Assembly: GCA_026706565.1 (NCBI GenBank)
Contig: JAPOYM010000130.1
Coordinates: 1 to 46,425 of the forward strand
Length of the DNA stretch: 46,425 nt
Direction: 5' to 3'
From: a bacterium
GTDB taxonomy: Bacteria > Actinomycetota > Acidimicrobiia > Acidimicrobiales > CATQHL01
In this document: in pieces, positions 10,690 to 20,896 of the stretch
Position numbering within the stretch: the stretch's first letter is position 1
Layout: each line of letters begins with the position of its first letter
Translations under genes and position numbers: made by a program
Notes under the pieces: generated by a model
Told to the model about the DNA's origin: nothing
What the model saw: the letters and a program-made list of their open reading frames with translations, nothing else
Database searches by the model: none

Positions 10690-12066
10690 TCAGGCCTTCT
10701 CGGCGCGGCGGAACTCCTCCCGAGCGGCCTTCGAGGCGACCCGCAGCGCCGACTCGGGATCCAGCGAGTGGAGGCGCGCCAGCTCCACAGCCTCGAACAG
10801 CAACGACCCCAGCCACTCCTCGTCGCGCCGGGAGGCCGGCGCCTCCAGCGACGCGCGCATGCGCGACAGCACCTCGGCCTCGCCGCCGCGGTCGAGGCCG
10901 ACGGCTTCGGCCCGTTTCTGCACCTTGAGCGCGCCCAGGAGCGCCGGCAGCGCCTCGGGGATCCCGTCCATGGCCGAGACGCGGCCCTTCTCGGTCCGCT
11001 TGATCTGCTCCCAGCCGGCGGCGAGGGACGCTTCGTCGGCGGCCCCGGCGCCGGGACCGAACACGTGAGGGTGGCGGCGACGGAGCTTGGCGTCCACCTG
11101 CCGCACGACGTCGCCGACGGTGAACTGCCCCTGCTCGGCGGCCAGCGTCGCATGGAAGAAGACGTGGAAGAGCAAGTCCCCGAGTTCCTCCTCCAAATCC
11201 TCATAGCCTCGGCCTGCGTCGAGGCCGGCGCTGTCGCCGGGCGCCGCCGGCGCGGGCAGCCCGTCGATCGCCTCGAGCACTTCGTATGTCTCCTCGAGGA
11301 GGTGACGGCGAAGGCTCCGGTGGGTCTGGGTGCGATCCCACGGACACTCGGCGCGCAGCGTGGCGACCAGCTCGCCGAAGCGGACGAACTCCGCGGCCGG
11401 CGCCTCGGCCATCGCCGGAATGTAGAGCGAGGTGAGGTGATCGACCGGCCGCCAGCGCGGCAGCTCGGCGGCAGAGGTGGACTCGACCCGCTCGGAGTCG
11501 AGTCCCAAGCGGTGCAGGACCCACACCGCCGCCGACGCCGGCAGCGCCAGAGCGACAGCGGCCATCACCTCGGCGCTGTCGCACTGCGCCACGAGCAGCG
11601 GGCCCCGTTCGCCGGCGGCCTCGGCGGCGAAGCGGTGGCCGTCGACGATGCGCGCCCCGGCGGCCAGGGGATCGACCCCCAGCCGGGACCACGCCAGATC
11701 AGCGAAGGACAGTGCCGGGTGGACCTCGGCGCGCACCCGCCCGTCGGCGGCGAGGAGCTGCACCGACCGCTCGGCCACCGACGGCGAGCCGGGCACCGCG
11801 TACAGCACCGACCCGTGCCGGCACGCCGCCGCCACGAGCCGCTCGACGATCGCTTCGTACACCTGCTCGATGCGCTCGGCCGACTGGTAGAGGTCGTCGC
11901 ATCCCTCAGCCGGCGCCGCGGCCCCGGCTGAGGGATGCCGTCGCGTGCGCACGAAGCGCTGCGGCGGCGGGGTGGCCTCGATTCGGGCCCGGGTCGCCTC
12001 GGTGAGGAGGTCCGCACCGGCCGGGCCGAGCCCGACCACGACCACCCGCGGCCGCGAGGCTCTCAC
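10690..12066 (-). CDS. mazG: YabN-type tetrapyrrole-methylase-like/MazG nucleoside triphosphate pyrophosphohydrolase
   Basis: [11 protein letters not shown]-terminal domain; [27 protein letters not shown] and RRHPHVFG; GTG 12066 overlaps the mfd stop. Confidence 0.9.
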   Translation of the reverse strand: MRASRPRVVVVGLGPAGADLLTEATRARIEATPPPQRFVRTRRHPSAGAAAPAEGCDDLYQSAERIEQVYEAIVERLVAAACRHGSVLYAVPGSPSVAERSVQLLAADGRVRAEVHPALSFADLAWSRLGVDPLAAGARIVDGHRFAAEAAGERGPLLVAQCDSAEVMAAVALALPASAAVWVLHRLGLDSERVESTSAAELPRWRPVDHLTSLYIPAMAEAPAAEFVRFGELVATLRAECPWDRTQTHRSLRRHLLEETYEVLEAIDGLPAPAAPGDSAGLDAGRGYEDLEEELGDLLFHVFFHATLAAEQGQFTVGDVVRQVDAKLRRRHPHVFGPGAGAADEASLAAGWEQIKRTEKGRVSAMDGIPEALPALLGALKVQKRAEAVGLDRGGEAEVLSRMRASLEAPASRRDEEWLGSLLFEAVELARLHSLDPESALRVASKAAREEFRRAEKA

Positions 12067-15000
12067 GCCGCCGGTTCGCTCGCCGCGGCCGGCGCCGGCC
12101 GGTCCGCGAGCTGTTCGAGCACATCGGTGAGCTCCTCGACCGCCCGCGACCGATGCCGCAGCGGCAGACGCAGCTGCCCCGTCGAGGGGGCGTAGGACGC
12201 GGACGGCCAGAGCCGTTCCAACCGCACCCGGCGGCTCTCGCGCAGCCGGAGGGGCGAGACGCGGGCCTCGGCGCCCCGACCGGCGAGCGAGCGCACCGAG
12301 ACGTCCGTGACACCGGCGCCCGCACAGAGCGCCCGCAGCCGCGCCACCGCCAGCAGCGCCTCCGCCTCGGGGGGCGGGGGGCCGAAGCGGTCCAGCCACT
12401 CGGCGCGCACGTCGGCCGCCTCCTCGGGCGTCGTGATGTCGGCTAGACGGCGGTATGCGGCGAACCGCAGCGACTCCGACGGGATGTAGTCCCTCGGCAC
12501 ATGGGCGTCCACCGGCACGTCGAGGTTCACTTCCACCGGCGCCGGGGCGGCCTCGCCCGCCAGTTCAGCGACGGCCTCGGTCACCATCTCGCAGTAGAGG
12601 TCGTACCCCACCGCGGCGATGTGGCCCGACTGGCCCACCCCGAGGAGGTTGCCCGCGCCCCGGATCTCCAGGTCGCGCATCGCGATGCGGATCCCCGAGC
12701 CCAGCTCGGTGGACTCGGCCACGACCTTGAGCCGCTCATAGGCCTCCTCGGTCAGGGAACGCTCCGGCGGCGTGAAGAGGTACGCGTAGGCGCGCATCTG
12801 CGCCCGGCCGACGCGACCGCGGATCTGGTGCAGCTGGGCGAGGCCCATCAGGTCGGCCCGGTCGACGATCAGCGTGTTGACGGTAGGCATGTCGATTCCC
12901 GACTCGATGATGGTGGTACACACCATCACGTCGTAGCAGCGGTCCCAGAAGTCCAGCACCACCTGCTCGAGGGCGGCCTCGTCCATCTGGCCGTGCGCCA
13001 CCGCCACCCGCACCTCGGGCACCAGCTCCCGGAGGTGCGCCGCTGTCTGCTCGATGTCGGCGACCCGATTGTGTACGAAGAAGACCTGCCCGTCTCGCAG
13101 CATCTCGCGCCTGACGGCCTCCACCACGGCCCGCTCGTCGTAGGGGCCGACGTAAGTGTTGATCGGCTTGCGATCCGCCGGCGGCGTCTGCAGGACTGTC
13201 AGGTCGCGGATGCCGGTGAGGCTCATCTCGAGGGTGCGCGGGATGGGGGTGGCCGTCAGCGTGAGGACGTCCACGTCGCGGCGCAGCTGCTTGACGGCCT
13301 CCTTGTGGCTGACGCCGAAGCGCTGCTCCTCGTCGATGATCAGCAGCCCCAGGCGGGCGAAGGACACGTCCGCCGAGAGGAGCCGGTGGGTGCCGACGAC
13401 CACGTCCACATGGCCGCTTCGCAGGCCGGCGATCACGCCGCGGGCGGCGGCGGGCGACAGGAAGCGGCTGAGCATCTCCACCCGCACGCCGAAGCCGGAG
13501 CAACGCTCGGAGAAGGTCAGGTGGTGCTGGTGCGCCAGCAGCGTCGTGGGGACCAAGACGGCCACCTGCCGACCGTCGGCCACCGCCTTGAAGGCGGCGC
13601 GCACCGCCACCTCGGTCTTGCCGAACCCCACGTCGCCGCACACCAGACGATCCATCGGCACCGGGCTCTCCATGTCCTGCTTGATCTGGGCGACGGCGCT
13701 CGCTTGGTCGGGCGTCTCGGGATAGGCGAAGGCGGCCTCCATCTCCGCCTGCCACGGCGTGTCGGCCCCGAAGGCGTGACCGGGCGTCGCATGGCGGGCG
13801 CGGTACAGCTCGACCAGCTCGCCGGCCACCTCGGAGACGGCCGCCCGCACGCGGCTCTTGGTGCGCTGCCAGTCTGCGCCCCCCATGCGGCTGAGCGCGG
13901 GCTCGTCGCCGCCGGTGTACTGCCGGACGGTCTCCAGCTGGTCGGTGGGCACATAGAGGCGTGCGCCGCCGCGGTACTCCAGCAGCAGGTAGTCCCTCTC
14001 TACGCCGTCCATGGCGCGGGTCACCATGCCCCGGTAGCAGGCCACGCCGTGCGTGCGGTGTACCACGAACCCGCCGACGCGCAGATCCTCGAAGCCGCCG
14101 CGGGGCCCCGCGGCCGCGGCGCGCCGAGCGCGCCGGTGTACCCGGCGCCGCCCCGTGAGGTCGCTCTCGGCGGCGACGGCGATGCGCACTTCGGGAAGGA
14201 TGCATCCGCCTCGGAGCCGGCCCACCGCCACCGAGCATCCCGGGGCGGCCGCGGCGGCGGGGACCTGCGAGCGCCGGGCCTGCACCCCGTGGGCCGCCAA
14301 GCGGTCGCTCAGCCGCTGAGCCGACCCCTCGCCGTCGGCCGCCACGAGCACCCGGTAGCCCTCGGAGACGAGGCCCGCCACCTGCTCAGCCGGGCGGTCG
14401 CCGTCACCCAGCGGGGACTCCCACCCCAGCACCTCCAGCGACGGCTCCGACGGTCCGCCGGGACTGCTGTTCATCGCCCATACGGGCGCCTCGCAGCCTG
14501 CCAGCAGCTCCGAGGCGGCGACGTGCGCGCTCGGCAACCGAGCGCCGGGCGCCACCCCCCAGGCGGCAGCGAGGTGGCGCGCCAGTTCGGCCTCCTCGTC
14601 GAGCAGCTCCTGGGCCCGCGCCCAGAGCCGGTCCCGGTCGACGAGCACCACGAGACCGCCGGGCGGCACCAGGTCGGCGAAGCAGCGCCCGTCGGGACTC
14701 AGCCATCCCAGCCAGGCTTCCATCCCCTCGAAGAACGCCCCTTCGGCCAGCAGCTCCCACTGGCTGCGTCCCCAAGGCGCTTCGGCGACCAGTTCAGCAG
14801 CCCGCCGGCGCACCGCCGCGGTGGGGCGCAGCTCGCGGCAGCCGTAGATCTCCACGGTCTCCAACGCGTCGCCGGCGCGCTGGTCGCTCACAGAGAACCG
14901 ACAGAGGCGGTCCACCTCGTCGCCCCACAGGTCGATGCGCACCGCGGTGGCGTCGGTGGCGCCGAAGACGTCGATGATGGAGCCCCGGACGGCCATCTCG

Positions 15001-15545
15001 CCGCGCTGCTCCACTTGGACGCCGCGCCGGTAGCCCGCGCTCACGAGCCGCTCGATCAGCTCGTCGCGGTCGCAGCGCCCGCCGAGAGCCAGCCGGACCG
15101 GCTCGAAGTCCTCCGAGCCGGGCGCGAGCCGCTGCATGAGGGCTCGGACCGAAGCCACCACGACCGCCGGCGCAGCCCCCGCTCGGCGCATGAGCCGTAT
15201 GGTCCGCAGCCGGGCGCCCATGGCGGCCGCCGTCGGGCTGATCCGCTCGAACGGCAGCGTCTCCCAGGCCGGCAGGGCGGCCACGGCCTCGGGGCCCAGC
15301 CAGCTCTCCAGGTCGGCGCAGAGATGCTCGGCCGTCCCCTCGCTGAGCGTGCAGACGACCAGCGGCCGCCGCCCCGAAGCCCGGGCGAGCGCCGCCAGCG
15401 CGGCCGGCTGCCCGCGCTCGGGCACCGCCACCGACGCCTCGCGCCGGCCCAGGGCGCCGCGGAGCGCGGGCGCCGCGGCGATGTCGGCCGACAGGTGGGC
15501 GAGAGGCGGTCGCCCACCCCCCGCCGCGGCGGCTTCAGCGGACAT
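12063..15545 (-). CDS. mfd: Transcription-repair coupling factor
   Basis: ETLPFER, CarD/RID-like domain, GDVGFGKTEVA, DEEQRFG, TATPIPRT, QIRGRVGR and DLEIRGAGNLLG. Confidence 0.97.
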   Translation of the reverse strand: MSAEAAAAGGGRPPLAHLSADIAAAPALRGALGRREASVAVPERGQPAALAALARASGRRPLVVCTLSEGTAEHLCADLESWLGPEAVAALPAWETLPFERISPTAAAMGARLRTIRLMRRAGAAPAVVVASVRALMQRLAPGSEDFEPVRLALGGRCDRDELIERLVSAGYRRGVQVEQRGEMAVRGSIIDVFGATDATAVRIDLWGDEVDRLCRFSVSDQRAGDALETVEIYGCRELRPTAAVRRRAAELVAEAPWGRSQWELLAEGAFFEGMEAWLGWLSPDGRCFADLVPPGGLVVLVDRDRLWARAQELLDEEAELARHLAAAWGVAPGARLPSAHVAASELLAGCEAPVWAMNSSPGGPSEPSLEVLGWESPLGDGDRPAEQVAGLVSEGYRVLVAADGEGSAQRLSDRLAAHGVQARRSQVPAAAAAPGCSVAVGRLRGGCILPEVRIAVAAESDLTGRRRVHRRARRAAAAGPRGGFEDLRVGGFVVHRTHGVACYRGMVTRAMDGVERDYLLLEYRGGARLYVPTDQLETVRQYTGGDEPALSRMGGADWQRTKSRVRAAVSEVAGELVELYRARHATPGHAFGADTPWQAEMEAAFAYPETPDQASAVAQIKQDMESPVPMDRLVCGDVGFGKTEVAVRAAFKAVADGRQVAVLVPTTLLAHQHHLTFSERCSGFGVRVEMLSRFLSPAAARGVIAGLRSGHVDVVVGTHRLLSADVSFARLGLLIIDEEQRFGVSHKEAVKQLRRDVDVLTLTATPIPRTLEMSLTGIRDLTVLQTPPADRKPINTYVGPYDERAVVEAVRREMLRDGQVFFVHNRVADIEQTAAHLRELVPEVRVAVAHGQMDEAALEQVVLDFWDRCYDVMVCTTIIESGIDMPTVNTLIVDRADLMGLAQLHQIRGRVGRAQMRAYAYLFTPPERSLTEEAYERLKVVAESTELGSGIRIAMRDLEIRGAGNLLGVGQSGHIAAVGYDLYCEMVTEAVAELAGEAAPAPVEVNLDVPVDAHVPRDYIPSESLRFAAYRRLADITTPEEAADVRAEWLDRFGPPPPEAEALLAVARLRALCAGAGVTDVSVRSLAGRGAEARVSPLRLRESRRVRLERLWPSASYAPSTGQLRLPLRHRSRAVEELTDVLEQLADRPAPAAASEPAA

Positions 15546-16203
15546 TGAACTCGTTCATGGCCGCCGTCACGCCGGCGGCAGCGATGGCCTCGGCCGCCGC
15601 CGCGGCCCGGCCGGCGGCCGAGGCGAGGGCGTCGCGCTCGCCGGCCGGCGGTCGGCTCAGCACATAGTCGGCCCCCGAAGCCCCCTCGGGCGGGCGGCCG
15701 ATGCCGATGCGCACCCGCACGAACGACGTGTCGCCCAGATGATCGCGGATCGAGCGGAGCCCGTTGTGGCCCGCCAAGCCTCCGCCGACGCGGACCTGCA
15801 CGCGCCCGGGCGGCAGGTCGAGCTCGTCGTGGATGACGACCAGCCGGGCCATGTCGTCGATGCCGTAGCGGACCACGAGCCTCTGCACTGCGGCGCCGGA
15901 GCCGTTCATGTAGGTCTGTGGGAAGGCCGCAGCCACGCGCCGCGACTCGATGCGCAGTTCACCGGTCAGCGCCGGCATGCGCGGCCGCCGCCGCAGCCGA
16001 CCGCCGTAGCGCCCGGCGAGAATCTCGACCGCTGCGGCCCCCACGTTGTGGCGGGTCGCGGCGTAGTCCGGCCCCGGGTTGCCGAGCCCGACGACCAACA
16101 GATCGGCCGCGGCCCCGGTGCGCTGTGTCCCGGTGCGCTGTGTCGCGGTGCGTTGTGTCCCGGTGCGCTGTGTCCCAGCCCGCCGTCGCCGGCGCGGGGG
16201 CAT
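15535..16203 (-). CDS. pth: Peptidyl-tRNA hydrolase
   Basis: VGLGNPG--Y--TRHNVG, PQTYMNGSG, HDELD and GHNGLRS. Confidence 0.95.
   Translation of the reverse strand: MPPRRRRRAGTQRTGTQRTATQRTGTQRTGAAADLLVVGLGNPGPDYAATRHNVGAAAVEILAGRYGGRLRRRPRMPALTGELRIESRRVAAAFPQTYMNGSGAAVQRLVVRYGIDDMARLVVIHDELDLPPGRVQVRVGGGLAGHNGLRSIRDHLGDTSFVRVRIGIGRPPEGASGADYVLSRPPAGERDALASAAGRAAAAAEAIAAAGVTAAMNEFNVR
16117..16176. repeat. 4 x 15-bp tandem repeat (GGTGCGCTGTGTCCC consensus) in the 5' extension of pth
   Basis: Directly visible; encodes GTQRT-like pentapeptide repeats. Confidence 0.9.
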
Positions 16204-16211
16204 AGCAGCCC

Positions 16212-16862
16212 TCAGTCGCTGTCGCCGGCGTCGTCCTCCGCGGCTTGGTCGCCGTCGGCGTCCTCCTCTTCGTCCGCTGCCGCGGACGTCGCCTCCTCGA
16301 GCGCCATGCGCGTGATGATCCCGGAGACCACCGGCGCCGTCTCGGGGACGAGGGACACCACGCCGGGCGGCAACTCCACGGCGCGCACCGTCAGTGCGGT
16401 CCCGACGGTCAGGTCGGTGATGTCTATCGCCAACGAGTTGGGAATCGAGCGGGGCTTGGCGAGGACCCGCAGCGTCGCCAGCGACTGGTCGACGATGCCG
16501 TTCATGTCCGACACCGCGGCAGCCTCCCCCGTCAAGCGGATCGGCACGTCCACAGCCACCTCGGCGTCGGGGTCGACGCGGATGAAGTCCACATGGGTCA
16601 CGTCGCCGCGCAGCGGATGGCGCTGCAGGGCCTTCACCAGAGCGAGCTGCAGCTCCCCGTCGAAGGCGAGGTTCAGCACCACGTTGAGACCGGCCTCGGT
16701 TGACAGCGCGCCCCGCAGGTCGCGGTAGTCCACCGTCGCTCGCAGCGAGTCGTGACCGAGCCCGTACACCACGGCGGGCACCTTGCCCTGCCGTCGGAGG
16801 CGGCGGGACGGCGCGCTGCCCGCGGGGCGACCCAGCTCGAGGGGGAGAACAACTTCCTTCAT
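16212..16862 (-). CDS. rplY: 50S ribosomal protein L25 (Ctc form)
   Basis: SRRLRRQGKVPAVVYG, QRHP...HVDF and an acidic tail; located between prs and pth. Confidence 0.95.
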   Translation of the reverse strand: MKEVVLPLELGRPAGSAPSRRLRRQGKVPAVVYGLGHDSLRATVDYRDLRGALSTEAGLNVVLNLAFDGELQLALVKALQRHPLRGDVTHVDFIRVDPDAEVAVDVPIRLTGEAAAVSDMNGIVDQSLATLRVLAKPRSIPNSLAIDITDLTVGTALTVRAVELPPGVVSLVPETAPVVSGIITRMALEEATSAAADEEEDADGDQAAEDDAGDSD

Positions 16863-16933
16863 GACATCCAGCGGCGGAGCTTCGGCTGACGAACCGGCGC
16901 GAGCCTAGCGGGGCGCGCGCCGGAGCGGGCGGG

Positions 16934-17914
16934 CTAGGACAAGTTGTTGCCGCCGAAGATCTCGCTCACGGAGGTGTCCTCGAACACGGCCCGGATGGCT
17001 CTGGCGATGGTCGGCGCCACCGAGACGATCTCCAGCTTGTCGATGCACTTCTCCGCCGGCATCGGCAGCGTGTCGGTGACGATGACCTTGCGGATGACGG
17101 AGTTCTTCAAGCGGTCCACAGCCGGCCCCGAGAACAGGCCGTGGGTCGTGGCCGCGTACACCTCCTCGGCGCCGCGGGCCAGGAGCTGCTCGGCCGCGGC
17201 CACGATCGTCCCACCAGTGTCGATCATGTCGTCGATCAGGACGCAGACCCGCCCGGCCACCTCGCCCACCACCTCGCGTGCCTGAACGGTGCTCTTCTCG
17301 CCCCGGATCCGGCGCTTGTGGACGATCGCCAAGTCGGCCTCCAAGGCAATGGAGTAGCGCTCGGCGACCTTCACGCGGCCCGCGTCGGGCGACACGACTA
17401 CCAAGTCCTCGCCCAACTCGGCGATGCGGTCGCACAGCACGGGCATGGCCGTGAGGTGATCCCAGGGCCCGTCGAAGAACCCCTGGATCTGGCCGGAGTG
17501 AAGGTCGACGCTGACGAGGCGCCCGGCCCCCGCCGAGTCCAGCAGGTTGGCCATCAGCTTGGCCGTGATGGGTTCGCGGCCCTCGGCCTTGCGGTCCTGG
17601 CGGGCGTAGGGGAAGAACGGGCATATGGCGGTGACGCGCTCGGCCGAGGCGCGGTTCGCCGCGTCAACCATCACGAGCTGCTCGACTACCGCGTCATTGA
17701 CCGACCGGCCGTCGACCGCCGCGTGGGACTGGATGATGAACACGTCGGCGCCGCGGATCGACTGGCCGAACCGGCAGTGGATCTCGCCGTTGGCGAACTC
17801 CGACAGGTTGGTCTCGCACAGCTCGACGCCGAGATGCTCAGCGACCTCCCGGGCGAGTCCCAGGTTGGCCCGGCCCGAGAGGAGCTGCAGGCGCTTGGTG
17901 GTCACGAGTTGCAC
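16934..17914 (-). CDS. prs: Ribose-phosphate pyrophosphokinase
   Basis: FANGE, PYARQDRK, DLHSGQIQGFF, VSPDAG and DDMIDTGGT. Confidence 0.97.
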   Translation of the reverse strand: MQLVTTKRLQLLSGRANLGLAREVAEHLGVELCETNLSEFANGEIHCRFGQSIRGADVFIIQSHAAVDGRSVNDAVVEQLVMVDAANRASAERVTAICPFFPYARQDRKAEGREPITAKLMANLLDSAGAGRLVSVDLHSGQIQGFFDGPWDHLTAMPVLCDRIAELGEDLVVVSPDAGRVKVAERYSIALEADLAIVHKRRIRGEKSTVQAREVVGEVAGRVCVLIDDMIDTGGTIVAAAEQLLARGAEEVYAATTHGLFSGPAVDRLKNSVIRKVIVTDTLPMPAEKCIDKLEIVSVAPTIARAIRAVFEDTSVSEIFGGNNLS

Positions 17915-18996
17915 GATGTGCCTCCCTCCTCAGGGTACGGCGGCGGCGCCGGCCCGAGCACCGCGAACGGCCCCACGCGCCGGCGGGGTCCGATCTCGGC
18001 GTCGGTGCCGCAGCTCATCTCGACGACCGCCTCAGCCCCCACCGCACAGTCCACGAGCCGCGTGTGCGGACCGATCACTGCGCCCTTCCCCACGACCGTG
18101 CAACCCTCCAGAACCACCCCGGGCAGCAGAACCACGCCCGCGGCGAGGCGGACGGTCACGTCGAGGTAGGTGTTGGCGGGGTCGACGATCGCCACGCCGG
18201 CCCGCAGCCAGCCCTCGACCACCCGCCGGTTGATCTCGGCGCGGGCACAGGCGAGCTGCTCCTGGTTGTTCACCCCTTGGACCTCGGTCCAGTCGGCGAG
18301 GCTGAACGCCTCCACCCGGTGGCCCATCTGGGCGAGCACCTGCACCATGTCGGTGAGGTAGAACTCTCCGGCGGCGTTGTCGGGGCGTATGCGGCGCAGG
18401 GCCGGGCCGCAGAAGCTGCGGCGGACGACGTAGACCGAGGCGGCGACCTCGTCGATGGCCGCCTCGGCGGGCGAGGCGTCGGCCTGCTCGACGATGCGGC
18501 TCACCGCGCCGTCGCGGCCCCGCACGATGCGTCCGTAGCCCGACGGGTCGCTGAGGCGGGCAGTCAGCAGCGTGCAGGCGGCGCCGCTGGCGAGGTGGCT
18601 CTCGGTGAGTGAGCGCAGCGTCGCCGGGCGCATCAGCGGGGCGTCGCCGGGGACGATGATCAGTTCGCCCGCCTCGGGGTCGCCGGAGGGATCCGGCAGT
18701 GCGGCCAGACCGCAGGCGGCGGCGTCGCCGGTGCCGCGGGGGACGGACTGCTCGGCCACGTCGAGAGGCAGATGCCCCGTCCGGGACTGCATCTCCTTCG
18801 CCACTGTCTCGTCGTCGGGCCCGAGCACGACCACGATGCGGTCCGGGCGGCAGGCGCTGAGCGCGTCCACGACGTGGGCCAGCATCGGCGCACCGGCGAG
18901 CCGATGGAGCGGCTTGCGCACGTTCGACCGCATGCGGGCACCGCGGCCGGCGGCCAGAACGATCGCCGAGACGTCCACGCCCCCGAACGCGCTCAT
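17902..18996 (-). CDS. glmU: GlmU-like UDP-GlcNAc pyrophosphorylase with a truncated left-handed beta-helix
   Basis: LAAGRGARMRS...KPLH, Q--PRGTGDA, GYGRIVR and GEFYLTD; only 364 aa; upstream of prs. Confidence 0.85.
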   Translation of the reverse strand: MSAFGGVDVSAIVLAAGRGARMRSNVRKPLHRLAGAPMLAHVVDALSACRPDRIVVVLGPDDETVAKEMQSRTGHLPLDVAEQSVPRGTGDAAACGLAALPDPSGDPEAGELIIVPGDAPLMRPATLRSLTESHLASGAACTLLTARLSDPSGYGRIVRGRDGAVSRIVEQADASPAEAAIDEVAASVYVVRRSFCGPALRRIRPDNAAGEFYLTDMVQVLAQMGHRVEAFSLADWTEVQGVNNQEQLACARAEINRRVVEGWLRAGVAIVDPANTYLDVTVRLAAGVVLLPGVVLEGCTVVGKGAVIGPHTRLVDCAVGAEAVVEMSCGTDAEIGPRRRVGPFAVLGPAPPPYPEEGGTSCNS

Positions 18997-19037
18997 GGTC
19001 CGCTCAGGCGTCTCGCCGGGCGAAGTCGGCGGTCATG

Positions 19038-19109
19038 CTGGCCGGGCAGGGCTCGAACCTGCAACCTCCTGATCCAAAGTCAGGCGTTCTGCCGTTGAAC
19101 TACCGGCCA
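19038..19109 (-). tRNA. tRNA-Gln(UUG)
   Basis: TGGCCGG acceptor stem pairing with CCGGCCA, anticodon arm CCTGA-CTTTGGA-TCAGG and T-loop GGTTCGAGCC; CCA not encoded; canonical position upstream of glmU. Confidence 0.95.
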
Positions 19110-19183
19110 CCGTGCCGCCACGCTAGCGGGCGCCGCGGAGCAGGCGGCGTTGTGAGTCCCCGACCGGCTAGGCTCTGGTGCCC

Positions 19184-19282
19184 ATGGGTTCGCTCATCAA
19201 GAAGCGCCGCAAGCGCATGCGGAAGAAGAAGTACCGCAAGATGCGTCGGCGCACCCGTTTCCAGCGCCGCAGGGGACGCTGA
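19184..19282 (+). CDS. 30S ribosomal protein bS22 (AURKAIP1/COX24 domain), 32 aa
   Basis: MGSLIKKRRKRMRKKKYRKMRRRTRFQRRRGR; too short for the ORF track. Confidence 0.9.
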   Translation: MGSLIKKRRKRMRKKKYRKMRRRTRFQRRRGR

Positions 19283-19299
19283 GCCGCCGGGGAGGCCCC

Positions 19300-20028
19300 T
19301 CAAGCGGACGGCGTCGTCTGCACCACCCTCCGCCCCGGCGCCGGATAGGACCCCTCGACGAACCACGTCGAACCGCTGCCGGCCAGCCGCGGGCGCTGCC
19401 CGACGGCTTCCGCCAACTCGTCGCGCAGGCGGGCCAAGCGCGGCTCGACCGCCAGCGCCGCGTCCTCAAGGTCGTTGCCGGCGGCGCCGGCAGGCCCCCC
19501 GAGCTCGTCCCAAGCGCGGTACACCGCCGCGGTCGAACAGCCGTAGGAGGGCGTGCAGAGGGTGAAGGTGCGCCTCTCGAAGGCGAGAGGCTCGATGATC
19601 TCGCCGATGCCGCGCACCCTGGCGCGCCCACCCCGCAGACAGAAGGCGACGTCGGCGCCGAGCCGCGCGGCGCGCTCGGCGTCGCCGAATCCCGCCCAGC
19701 GCAAGATCGCGGCCGCATCCGCGGAGCCTCCGCCCAGTCCCCCGCCGGGGGGGATGGCCTTGTGCAGGGTGACGCGGGCCCGGCGGCCAACCAGAGCCAG
19801 CGCCCGGGCCACCAGATTCTCCGGGCCGGCGGGCACGCCGGGGCGGACCGGCGCCGCCGCGTCGGCGTCTGCCACGATGAGGCCGTCGCCCGCCTCCACG
19901 ACGAGGCGATCCGCCAAGTCGAGGGTCACCATCTCTGCCTCGATGAGGTGGTACCCGTCCGGGCGCCGCCCGGTGATCCGCAGCGAGAGGGTGAGCTTGG
20001 CCGGCGCCACCAGCACCTCGGCTGTCAC
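19300..20028 (-). CDS. ispE: 4-diphosphocytidyl-2-C-methyl-D-erythritol kinase
   Basis: APAKLTLSL...RPDGYH, K-IP-GGGLGGGSADAAA, LGADV and GSGS; GTG overlaps the rsmA stop. Confidence 0.93.
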   Translation of the reverse strand: MTAEVLVAPAKLTLSLRITGRRPDGYHLIEAEMVTLDLADRLVVEAGDGLIVADADAAAPVRPGVPAGPENLVARALALVGRRARVTLHKAIPPGGGLGGGSADAAAILRWAGFGDAERAARLGADVAFCLRGGRARVRGIGEIIEPLAFERRTFTLCTPSYGCSTAAVYRAWDELGGPAGAAGNDLEDAALAVEPRLARLRDELAEAVGQRPRLAGSGSTWFVEGSYPAPGRRVVQTTPSA

Positions 20029-20891
20029 AGGCCGACCCCGCTGCTCTCGGCGGCGCCGCTGCCGACGGTCGCCGCCAGACGCGACCAGTCGCCCACGGTC
20101 AACTCGCCGGGGCGGGCGGTCGGATCCACCCTCGCGGCTTCGAACGCCGCCTGACCGACCACTTCGCGCAGCGACGACCGCAGCATCTTGCGTCGCTGTC
20201 CGAACGCCCGGCGCGCCAGCCCGACGAGCTCCTCGACGTTGCCTGCGGCAGGCTCGGGGCACCGGCGGACGCCCAGCAGCGCCGAGGAGACCCTCGGGCG
20301 AGGCCAGAACACCGTCGGGGGCACGCTCCCGAGGACCGAGGCGCGGGCCCAGCAGGCGACCTTGAGGGACGGCAGGCCGTACGCCGCATGGCCGGGCGGC
20401 GCGGCCAGACGCTCGGCGACCTCGCGCTGGACCATCACGACCATCTCGGTGATCTGCGGCAGCCTGTCGAGCACGTCCAGCAGAAGGGGTGTCGCCACGT
20501 TGTAGGGCAGGTTGGCGACCAGCTTCCAGGCGCCGCCGGGCGGGGTTCCGGCCTCGAGGCGCGGCGCCCACGCCGACAGATCAGTGGCATCGGCGTGCCG
20601 AACCTCCACGTCGCGCCCGGCGGTCACCTCTTCGAGGGCGCCTAGCAGCCGGTCGTCGATCTCTAAGGCCAGCACGGAGGCGCCGGCGTCGGCGAGGCCG
20701 ACCGTCAGTGCGCCGCAGCCCGCGCCGATCTCGACGACCCGCCCCCCGGGCGAGACTCCCGCGCAGCGCACGACCCGCTCCACGGTGTTGGGGTCCACCA
20801 CGAAGTGCTGCCCCAGCGAGCGACGCGGCCGCACGTCGTAGCGGCGGAGCAGGTCGGCCACCGCGGCGGCGCCCAGCGTCACCCTCTCCAC
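20025..20891 (-). CDS. rsmA: 16S rRNA dimethyladenosine transferase
   Basis: LGQHF, EIGAGCGALT, ANLPYNV, MVQREVAERL and FGQRRKMLR; start approximate. Confidence 0.95.
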   Translation of the reverse strand: MERVTLGAAAVADLLRRYDVRPRRSLGQHFVVDPNTVERVVRCAGVSPGGRVVEIGAGCGALTVGLADAGASVLALEIDDRLLGALEEVTAGRDVEVRHADATDLSAWAPRLEAGTPPGGAWKLVANLPYNVATPLLLDVLDRLPQITEMVVMVQREVAERLAAPPGHAAYGLPSLKVACWARASVLGSVPPTVFWPRPRVSSALLGVRRCPEPAAGNVEELVGLARRAFGQRRKMLRSSLREVVGQAAFEAARVDPTARPGELTVGDWSRLAATVGSGAAESSGVGL

Positions 20892-20896
20892 TCCGC

